A stretch of 64,000 nucleotides of DNA from a virus, in IMG/VR virus record IMGVR_UViG_3300020192_000010, positions 30,892 to 94,891 of that record, one strand, 5' to 3'. The notes beneath the pieces are model-generated. The model made no database searches, was not told where the DNA came from, and saw nothing but the letters and a program-made list of their open reading frames with translations. Position numbers and translations under genes: made by a program. This document shows, piece by piece, positions 57,401 through 64,000 of this stretch; the first letter of the stretch is position 1; each line of letters begins with the position of its first letter.

Positions 57401-57953
57401 CCATCGATACACATGTAGAAACACCAGTAGCAACCTTACGGGCCAAATCTGGGAAAGTGATTCTGTCCAATGCACAAAGCGCAATAACACGCTTGCCAAC
57501 GCGATCGTAATATGTATCGATAATTACGCCACGAACAAAGTCTACCGAGGCAGACTTGTGATCTATGCACAACGGTTTACCAATCCATTTCTTGTAGGCC
57601 TTAACCAGCTCTTCCTCTGGAAAAATATCGCCATTCGAATTACGGTATGGTGGAATCGATGCATCGTTGCATTGCCAACGAACAGACTCGCCCTTCTTTA
57701 CCCAATGGGCCGAGACACGCTCGCCATTAGCAAGAAGCTTAGGTGAACCATCTGAATTCACGGTCGATGCCTCTGCGGCATGCATCATTACAGCTGAAAA
57801 ATAAAGAAAATCGTCTGCCTTAGGAGCGATGCGCTTCAGCCCAGTAGCCAGCTTTTGAAAGCGGTCTTTGACTTCCGGGTCAGATAATACGGATAGAGAC
57901 GTGTGTGTCGCCGATTCCGATAATTCAATTGCTTCGCCGTATTTGTAAAGCAT
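54498..57953 (-). CDS. Prohead protease fused to scaffolding domain (1151 aa)
   Basis: N-terminal NSNGDIF...IGKPLCIDH...RGVIID...SMG..ICSDCG...CNH...ELSIVVNGADPQA resembles an HK97/assemblin-type serine protease with a Zn insert. A long acidic coiled-coil region follows. Confidence 0.8.
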   Translation of the reverse strand: MLYKYGEAIELSESATHTSLSVLSDPEVKDRFQKLATGLKRIAPKADDFLYFSAVMMHAAEASTVNSDGSPKLLANGERVSAHWVKKGESVRWQCNDASIPPYRNSNGDIFPEEELVKAYKKWIGKPLCIDHKSASVDFVRGVIIDTYYDRVGKRVIALCALDRITFPDLARKVATGVSTCVSMGTAVGRAICSDCGTVARTEHDFCNHMRTKSCYGEINMDLQPIELSIVVNGADPQAKIRHILASANYLNQRAEEAEIELKSLKDTDVTAKNQIVSQIKEGLDALIREFEGSGKSTEVTDTSGEEDLNKAASAESTVENTENLSEEVKITDNLESVTASSDDNDVLRQQFNSLKETIQQKLSKIEENFDKLIKLNMESRDMNMEKKSYHQGTEEPKPGTTQYPAESGNEKARMEHSYMKDVENMGSVDGMKPGDLEKKKLLLRAERREAALIKAKATLSKGAWFQGTEEPTANGKPQYSVDPLNEKVRSEHKHMLGQPPFPGVGKVDGLHPSPSSVSQKDELKRKEMLSRASFSAKFVKAATPDGELDRAASAWQIFVNDKLVINASVKALTGNRVDALYDVIATKTYGTKMLEKVKEIGIEKAASLYTKADGEMAAPPAAAPPAAAPEMPAPGGMPGAESMDEANQGGDGSPADQILGLATDAKNLASDLQEVGELLKDEVPGDAGAAPELAPATASLQKMRFELSSAILYGVTKVASELAEHTDELDLVGGLYQDNSVNDANRAYVESLATDAIADTKASIAEGRELLGSFVNYARGTEAVLKSASQETEMTNVANEGLDEKIDSLLSQMDEQEAMDPEMGDALDADTLPPAGAPVKPAPGPGLAGQVAPGATKADPAAGLAGLETPTPGPVMNGEDDALLSLDASDANSAATLTLKPEDVAKLPPGTEVKMAEFDLSTREGRTAYRMKLAADSGKFNPILNDAHKHLVHKSDAGDLGEVETIQEKHKAMLDVATAPPKVRKEAQELVDLVKAGKLANEDVDALVAHGLDPAVAKFYHELWNDAEGGSEYANELVKEHAKAKLEEEMGAYKVKVARAFGLAYEMVDRGLCSRDASVLSSQVDEIMKYNDDAFDSLKRVVARHAPLSIKKEASRVPQVGLLGNDEPTASAEPDDLFSSLNRAFANRRY

Positions 57954-58159
57954 TACTTCTCCGTATCAGGAACAACTTTAACTACAGGCTGCTCAGCAAT
58001 GGCGCGCTTAGCGCTATCTAATTTTTGCTTAGCGATGGCATTCAGATCTTGTCCGTTGCGGCCAAGCTTCGCGGCTTCAATCGGTGAGAGGCCTTCGAGA
58101 TCGCTTTCATCAATCTCTACTACTCTCAATATTTGTACATCTCCGCGTTTGATAAACAT
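57953..58159 (-). CDS. Hypothetical protein
   Basis: 68 aa, GGAG RBS, TAATG coupling to the protease gene. Confidence 0.7.
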   Translation of the reverse strand: MFIKRGDVQILRVVEIDESDLEGLSPIEAAKLGRNGQDLNAIAKQKLDSAKRAIAEQPVVKVVPDTEK

Positions 58160-58243
58160 ATATGGCTCCGCTAGTACTACAATTTAGATAACCTATTATT
58201 CCACTATAATAACGAAAATAGTTTGATTATTCTATATTTTCAC

Positions 58244-59917
58244 TTATACTTTGTCTTTTTGTGCTTCAAGCAGCTCTTGGTCAAATGGGACCTTATCTTC
58301 AAGCTCAAGGTCCAGATCACCAGCATTATCCATCCAGCTCTTAGCTAATATATCGGTTTCGATATACTTTTGGATTCTCTCTTCAATAATCTGATTAAGT
58401 TGCGCCACTTCTTTCTTGATGGCGTCTATTGCTTTTACACAATTAGCTATAAAATCTTCGGCCTGTAGGTTCTTGAAAAGCCTTTTAAACCGGCCGAACT
58501 GCTTCGTAACATCATCTATGCTCATGTTAAATGATTTCATTATTTTTTCTACCTGAGTATCAGACATGAAATTGTTCATTATCTTTACACAAGCGAACGC
58601 TAACTTTTTAATAATGTCCAAATAGTTTTGCGCATTGTCGCGATAATCACGAAAAGTGCTACGAGCATCCCAAACTTGTTCGGCCGGAACTTCTTGATTC
58701 GTCTTAAACGGCACGGCCAATTTATCTAAATGAGAATTGAATCTCTCAATTCCTTTTAACAAATAAGTAAAGGCCTGAATAGCCTCTTCAGCATACATAA
58801 TCTCTGTATCAGAGATGTCGTATGTCATTTGTATATGGTAAGAGCGTTTAAACATGTTCTTACTAGCCATGGCAATATATCCGGTACCGTATTGCGTGCC
58901 TACATTGATAGGGCCGAGTGGCAAATTGTTGGTCGTTGAATTATCCATCAGTCCAACTTGAGGCGCGTTTTCTTTGTGCTTAATTTTATATTCTGGACTT
59001 TCTTTGTCCATAATCTTGTCTTCAAGATCTTCTGTCTCGATTGTACGTTTACCCATAGGTAATTCAGTCTCTTGAGTATGAATACTCAAATCTGTTTCCA
59101 TAGGATTGTAATAATCTGGATTGAATTTATAATCTGCAACGAAATCAGGTAACGGAAGATCGAATGCGGCGTTATCGTCCGCCTTAGCGTGATCGCCAGG
59201 GTGTTGGCATGTATCTGCAAGTAGTTTACAGTAAAAATCTCGAACAGCTGTTGGTAACCCGGCGCAGAATCCGAATGTATCGGCTTCAGCAATGGCTTTT
59301 TTACAAGGAACGCCCTGCTGACATCGCAAAAGCGCTATAGCCAATCCGGTTCGATCTTTTCCATGAAGACAATGAACAAAACATGGTCCACCATCAAATA
59401 ATAGCGTGGCCCAGTCTATTTTAGGCAACTTTTCTATCGTTTTGTAGTTGCTAGCCTGAATTGGAAGAACTATGTGCTCTATTTTAGCTTGCTTACAAGC
59501 GTTACCTATCTGAGTAGCTGTTGGCAGGTCAAGACTAACAATTCTTTTGATACCAAGATCTTGTAGCTTCTTAATATCGTTCGGTGATGGGGCTCCGCCG
59601 CGATAAAGGTCGTCCTCGACCTTCGCAAAACGATTTATCGTGATTGGTCCTTGTGTCTTGTTCATTTTGCCAGGAATTTTGGCACCATGCTTCTCGACGA
59701 GAAATTTCAACGTGAAATCTAGCGCCTTGTCAGCGCTGTCTTTCTTTCCTGATGTTATTAATTTGTCAAAGACTGCTTTGTACACACTAAGAAAATCATA
59801 TACTGCTTCTTCGTTGTCAGTTTGCCGCAGATCACGCAGCACAGAAGAGTACGACATAGATTCTATCTGAGATAGATCTATTCGCTTTGCAGTTCTTACA
59901 AAAGAAGGTGTACTCAT
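58244..59917 (-). CDS. Multi-domain protein with a Cys-based protein-tyrosine/dual-specificity phosphatase domain
   Basis: LYRGGAP...LGIKRIVSL...FVHCLHGKDRTG (HCx5R P-loop), plus a C-terminal helical domain. Confidence 0.85.
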   Translation of the reverse strand: MSTPSFVRTAKRIDLSQIESMSYSSVLRDLRQTDNEEAVYDFLSVYKAVFDKLITSGKKDSADKALDFTLKFLVEKHGAKIPGKMNKTQGPITINRFAKVEDDLYRGGAPSPNDIKKLQDLGIKRIVSLDLPTATQIGNACKQAKIEHIVLPIQASNYKTIEKLPKIDWATLLFDGGPCFVHCLHGKDRTGLAIALLRCQQGVPCKKAIAEADTFGFCAGLPTAVRDFYCKLLADTCQHPGDHAKADDNAAFDLPLPDFVADYKFNPDYYNPMETDLSIHTQETELPMGKRTIETEDLEDKIMDKESPEYKIKHKENAPQVGLMDNSTTNNLPLGPINVGTQYGTGYIAMASKNMFKRSYHIQMTYDISDTEIMYAEEAIQAFTYLLKGIERFNSHLDKLAVPFKTNQEVPAEQVWDARSTFRDYRDNAQNYLDIIKKLAFACVKIMNNFMSDTQVEKIMKSFNMSIDDVTKQFGRFKRLFKNLQAEDFIANCVKAIDAIKKEVAQLNQIIEERIQKYIETDILAKSWMDNAGDLDLELEDKVPFDQELLEAQKDKV

Positions 59918-60240
59918 TTAGTATATTCCAAAAATTTGACTGCATGCGCACTTATAAGGGCGTCTTTAATGGTTCCACGGCCATCAACCTCAGTTATTGA
60001 TTTGATATTGAAGCTATTTATGTATTGTACGTTACCGAAACGTACATTTTGTTCTTCATCAAGGTACGTACAACTCAAAATCAAACAGCCATCACTTCCA
60101 CCGATTATTTTCCCAATCATAACTGATGGAATGGTACTGGTGCTGTCTGTATAGTGAATTTGTTCGTGAGTATCTCCGAAATAAACCTGAACAATTTTGT
60201 CTTTCAGCTCACTGACTACCGTTTCGATATAAGAAGGCAT
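59914..60240 (-). CDS. Hypothetical protein
   Basis: 108 aa, ATGA overlap with the phosphatase gene. Confidence 0.7.
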   Translation of the reverse strand: MPSYIETVVSELKDKIVQVYFGDTHEQIHYTDSTSTIPSVMIGKIIGGSDGCLILSCTYLDEEQNVRFGNVQYINSFNIKSITEVDGRGTIKDALISAHAVKFLEYTK

Positions 60241-60251
60241 GTGTTTCTCTC

Positions 60252-62402
60252 TTAACCGGCAAAAGTAATTCTAAAAACACGCGCAAGGTTCTGCGCACGC
60301 TCTAGAGAGAGTGGTGGTAGGCTAGAATTTGCATTTTTGTGAACGTAAAATCTAAATTTTGTATCTTGTGGTACGACTGCGCGCAGTTCTTCAGCAATTT
60401 CTGAGCACAGCAAGCGCATTTCTTCTTGATTGATTCGATTGCTTGCGTACGTAATTTGAAAACGAGAGCCGGAAGCAAATATATCTGGTAGAACTCCGTA
60501 ATCACGAGCCAAAACTAACGATGCAACGCGTATAAATTCACCATTGACGTGCTTGTCCTTGCCAAACACCTCAATCATGTCAGTTTTCAATGCGGCTGCT
60601 GATGGAATTGCCTGCATAATGGAACTAAAAAAATTGTTATTAGCAGGAACGCCTTCCATATCAAGATTCTGAAGCAGATAGCGAATGACTCCGTTATCTT
60701 TTTCATCTGGAACAGGGTTGATACCCGCAGAGCCTGATTGGTAACCACCACCATTACGCATTTCGGCCTCTAGGGCTCTGTAACCGGCAGACTTTTTAGT
60801 TTGCTCGATCAACACTTGCAAGTCTCCAAGCGTTATACGGCCATCTTTATTTTTGTCCAACGCCGGATTAGACTTGTATGCGCCTGCCTCGGTCGCGGGT
60901 GAAAAATTAGGGCTCTTACGATATTGCGGATTTGCTTCTACGATTACTGCTTCAGGGTCTCCAGCTTGTGCATCATGGAAACTTCCCTCTGGCCACCAAC
61001 CTGGTTTACCTTTGTTCTGTTCGTAGTATTTACGATAGCGCAAAGAGTCTGGCCAAAAATTAGAAATGTAATACGTAGCAGCGTCTTTGTATGGAACGCC
61101 ACCATTGAATCCCATCGTTCCTTTGATGAACTTCTCAATCAATCCTAGTTGTTCCTCTCCTGATTGATTCTCAATAACTTTCTCGTGACCTTCAAGTCCC
61201 ATGCCCTTCAACGTCTGTGGCATGAACTGAACAAGGCCTACGGCTCCGCCGTGTGGGTTCTTTGCTTGTGGGTTAAATCCGGCAGACTCGATGTACATTA
61301 CTGGCAACAATACTTCTGGCTGCACTCCAAGACGAGTTGCCATCGAGTTGAACTTGGGCCAGAAGTTTGGTCCCAAGTTGCGAGCAAATTTGCGTATTTC
61401 GCGACTCTCGAAATAAGAAGCGTTAATCGGCACGGTACCTTCTTCAACATTGTCGACGATGATCTTGTGTGCAACGGTATCGAACTTGATACGCGCTTTA
61501 CCAACGAAAGAACGCTTCATATAAGCAGTTCTCATAGCGAACTTAATAAATCCACGATACCCTGTAAGCTTCTTCTTGTTAATAGAAGCTTCCCACTGCT
61601 CAACAGTTCCTTGTTTTAAAGCTGATTCGAAATCTGGCCAGAACATCATTTCCGCTTGATTTTTGTTAGGCGGGTCTCCAGGGCCCATTACAATTCTCTT
61701 GATCTTATCTTCATTAGAAGGCTTTACTTCTAAAACGTAAGTATTCATCAGCGCCATTGCTGGGAATGGCGCTTGTTGTGTAGATGCCCACTCAGCTGCG
61801 GTAGCAGGAGCAACTGGCTCCGCAGCAGGCACAGGTGTGACTTCTGCTTCAGGAGCAGGTGTCATTGGCTCAGAATCAGCTTGTGGCTCCGGCTGTGGAA
61901 GCAAATCGGAAATTAATTTTCCAACATGCGGTGATACTTCTTCAGAATTATCCGCGGACGTCGCTTCTGAAGCGGACTCTGCGTTCTCTTGAATGGTGCC
62001 CGAGGGGTTCTCGTTGGGCGTGGTCGTGTCGGTGAGCTTGGTTTTGATTTCATCCTTGGCTTCGTTTTCTACTCTTGCAACGTCGCTCCGGGCTTTCGAT
62101 AATACATCATTGAATCGAGACATACGTTCCTTAACTTCGTTAAGTTTGTGTTTGTACGTCTGTAAATCGTGATCATCAATCGAGTTCTCCAAGTCCTTGA
62201 ATGAACTGTACAAGTTTTGGAGCGCGTCTTTTAGTTCCGAGTTGTTCTCTTTGAATTCCTTAGAATCTTTAGAGAACATCCGATTCAGCATGCGCCTTAA
62301 TAATCGCTTCAGACCAGAAATTGGTCCAGCCAACTTGACGAGATCATTCTCGTCAGCGACATAGATAGCGTAAGAAAGCTTTCTGAATTGGGTCATGTTC
62401 AT
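60252..62402 (-). CDS. Virion-associated lytic transglycosylase (SLT-like) multi-domain protein
   Basis: VMYIESAGFNPQAKNPHGGAVGLVQFMPQT, plus LDKNKDGRIT. Confidence 0.85.
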   Translation of the reverse strand: MNMTQFRKLSYAIYVADENDLVKLAGPISGLKRLLRRMLNRMFSKDSKEFKENNSELKDALQNLYSSFKDLENSIDDHDLQTYKHKLNEVKERMSRFNDVLSKARSDVARVENEAKDEIKTKLTDTTTPNENPSGTIQENAESASEATSADNSEEVSPHVGKLISDLLPQPEPQADSEPMTPAPEAEVTPVPAAEPVAPATAAEWASTQQAPFPAMALMNTYVLEVKPSNEDKIKRIVMGPGDPPNKNQAEMMFWPDFESALKQGTVEQWEASINKKKLTGYRGFIKFAMRTAYMKRSFVGKARIKFDTVAHKIIVDNVEEGTVPINASYFESREIRKFARNLGPNFWPKFNSMATRLGVQPEVLLPVMYIESAGFNPQAKNPHGGAVGLVQFMPQTLKGMGLEGHEKVIENQSGEEQLGLIEKFIKGTMGFNGGVPYKDAATYYISNFWPDSLRYRKYYEQNKGKPGWWPEGSFHDAQAGDPEAVIVEANPQYRKSPNFSPATEAGAYKSNPALDKNKDGRITLGDLQVLIEQTKKSAGYRALEAEMRNGGGYQSGSAGINPVPDEKDNGVIRYLLQNLDMEGVPANNNFFSSIMQAIPSAAALKTDMIEVFGKDKHVNGEFIRVASLVLARDYGVLPDIFASGSRFQITYASNRINQEEMRLLCSEIAEELRAVVPQDTKFRFYVHKNANSSLPPLSLERAQNLARVFRITFAG

Positions 62403-62422
62403 ATATCATCTCAATTTCAGTT

Positions 62423-63796
62423 TCAGTTTTCGATGAGACCTTCGGCGATAGCAAGCAACTTCAAACTTGCTACTGGGTCAGAATCTTCCAACGATTCAGA
62501 GTAAGCAAGTATGTCATTCGCTAATGCTGCAAGGTCTGGCTCATCAGCAAGCTTCGTTATGAACTCTTCGTGCGTTCCTGCAAACTGATCCCATGCTCGT
62601 CCTGGTGGCTTGATAGGAAGAGGCTTGCCATCAATGCTGCTTTTTGGTCCGCCTGGCTGTGGCTTACGATCTTCTTTACGAATACCTGTGGGGCTTGTTG
62701 GCCCTGGAAGCGGTTTCGTTGCCGCAATAGGCGCTGCGGAAGGCGGAGTGTTACCTGGCTTTGGCTTGTTCTCAAACACATGGGGATTCATGAATGTTCC
62801 ACTTGATGGTGGTCCTGGAGGAGCTGAGATTTGAGATGTTGGAAATACAACCGGGCTCGCTCCTGGAGGTCCCATTACAGTTGGATGAGAGATGCCTTCA
62901 CTTGGTACTGATTGAGACAGATCCGAAATACGAGCCTCGCCAGGACTAGGTAAACCTGGAAGTCCTGGTAAACCAACTTCTTCGTCTTTATCTTTATCTT
63001 TATCTTTATCTTTATCTTTATCTTTAGGCTCGTCGATTGGCTTGGTTTCTTTTTCTAGAGACTCAAGGTACGCAACGTATGGTTCGATGAACTGATCAAA
63101 AAACTTAGTGAACTGAGCATTTGGAGCTTGTACGATACCGTTCAAAACCATTACAGTTTTGTTGTACTGATCGACGTCTCCCTTAGCTCTATACTTTGAA
63201 AGTAAATCAAATTGCTTTAGTATAACAGGTAGTAATGAGATGGCGCTTGCCAGTTCGGTCTTGGTGCGAACCTTAAGTTGTTTCAACTGAGGCATCTGCT
63301 TCTCAAGAGTCTTAATAGCTCTCTGACGCATTTTAACTTTTTCGTTGAACCATCCAAGCAATGCTACCTTAGTGCGCCAGTCATCAACACCGGCATACTT
63401 ATTCTTATTTTTTGCTCTGGAGTGCTCGCGGAACTTCAGTAGATTTTGAATCGTTTCTGGAGTCAAATGTTCCGTCATAAGCTTATTACCGTCGCCGGTT
63501 ATCACCTGGGCGAGCGTAACGAACTTCTGATGAATCTCTTCTAGAAGAAAATAGAAACTGTAAATCTTTTCAGAACAGCCTACATAATCCATAGCATCAT
63601 ATAATGAGCTGGCTTCTTTTAGAAGTGGTTTTAATTGAAGCGCGCTTTTGCGATTCTCATTATCGACCTTCCTTAGATTTTCCATATAGGATGCAAAGGC
63701 TGGGTCATGCTGAGTTATGGCGCGCTGTCCTTTATCAAACGTCTCACGAAGGCTATCGCTCCAAGGACGTTTTTGTGATGTTTTACCGATTGACAT
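62423..63796 (-). CDS. Putative inner-head protein with Pro-rich linker
   Basis: 457 aa with KTS, KYA, KVA and KLA motifs, a DK repeat, and C-terminal YSESLEDSDPVASLKLLAIAE. Confidence 0.7.
   Translation of the reverse strand: MSIGKTSQKRPWSDSLRETFDKGQRAITQHDPAFASYMENLRKVDNENRKSALQLKPLLKEASSLYDAMDYVGCSEKIYSFYFLLEEIHQKFVTLAQVITGDGNKLMTEHLTPETIQNLLKFREHSRAKNKNKYAGVDDWRTKVALLGWFNEKVKMRQRAIKTLEKQMPQLKQLKVRTKTELASAISLLPVILKQFDLLSKYRAKGDVDQYNKTVMVLNGIVQAPNAQFTKFFDQFIEPYVAYLESLEKETKPIDEPKDKDKDKDKDKDKDEEVGLPGLPGLPSPGEARISDLSQSVPSEGISHPTVMGPPGASPVVFPTSQISAPPGPPSSGTFMNPHVFENKPKPGNTPPSAAPIAATKPLPGPTSPTGIRKEDRKPQPGGPKSSIDGKPLPIKPPGRAWDQFAGTHEEFITKLADEPDLAALANDILAYSESLEDSDPVASLKLLAIAEGLIEN
62985..63026. 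repeat. Hexanucleotide microsatellite (TCTTTA)7 encoding KD repeats
   Basis: Seven perfect copies, in frame. Confidence 0.95.
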
Positions 63797-63836
63797 AATT
63801 GCTCCAAAGATTCTGACTTATTCTAATACCAGAATA

Positions 63837-63926
63837 TTACAAACTATCGGAGCTTTCAGGTTCCGCCCTATGTGGACACGTCCCAAGAACATGCTTGGCA
63901 GTATCACAAATCCTACATCTATTCAT
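63837..63926 (-). CDS. 29-aa CCHC zinc-knuckle microprotein
   Basis: MNRCRICDTAKHVLGTCPHRAEPESSDSL is an exact C-x2-C-x4-H-x4-C. GGTGA RBS-like sequence upstream. Below the ORF-track size cut-off. Confidence 0.6.
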   Translation of the reverse strand: MNRCRICDTAKHVLGTCPHRAEPESSDSL

Positions 63927-64000
63927 CTATCACCCACCGCCTGCTGGTGGTGGGTGATAGATGAATAGATGTAGGATTTGTGATACTGCCAAGCATGTTC
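63887..64000. repeat. Perfect inverted repeat, 52-bp arms with 10-nt spacer, truncated by the window end
   Basis: 63887-63938 is the exact reverse complement of 63949-64000. Spacer gcctgctggt. Confidence 0.95.

Noticed and set aside
59914-60240. Possible Sm/Hfq-like fold
   Set aside because: Only a vague beta pattern (YINSFNIKSI), which is insufficient without a profile search.
26785-63026. Short tandem repeats as CRISPR arrays or phase-variation tracts
   Set aside because: All have unit lengths divisible by 3, lie within coding linkers and have no spacers.
162-63968. Numerous short plus-strand and nested ORFs in the six-frame track
   Set aside because: They are antisense or alternate-frame shadows of long, tightly packed minus-strand genes, with no RBS or motif support.
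1-64000. Genome-wide stop-codon reassignment
   Set aside because: Genes are long and intact in code 11, and TAA, TAG and TGA all end genes at sensible boundaries.

Overview
This 64 kb window is the virion morphogenesis region of a large contractile-tailed (myovirus-type, probably jumbo) bacteriophage. Almost all genes lie on the minus strand and use the standard genetic code. In transcription order (right to left) it encodes: a cluster of putative inner-head or ejection proteins (including a lytic transglycosylase, a Cys-based phosphatase and a peptidoglycan-binding protein), a prohead protease-scaffold fusion, two paralogous decoration-like proteins, an HK97-type major capsid protein, accessory virion/fibre genes, neck proteins, tail fibres, sheath, tube, tail chaperones with a -1 frameshift, tape measure, and baseplate hub and spike. 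Three free-standing endonuclease genes (two HNH, one GIY-YIG) are interspersed. No portal, terminase, tRNA or CRISPR array is visible. The most notable unexplained signals are: (1) an apparently intact TnpB omega-RNA/IS200-IS605 right end with no tnpB gene, inside the head operon (52636-52772); (2) a perfect inverted repeat of at least 52 bp at the window end, duplicating the start of an unannotated CCHC zinc-knuckle microprotein; (3) recurrent peptide signatures (K-x-A/S plus two shared motifs in head proteins, D-G-Y in neck/tail proteins) suggesting sorting, processing or modification codes; and (4) a long hairpin occluding the capsid gene ribosome-binding site. All product calls come from motif recognition and synteny only; no database searches were run.
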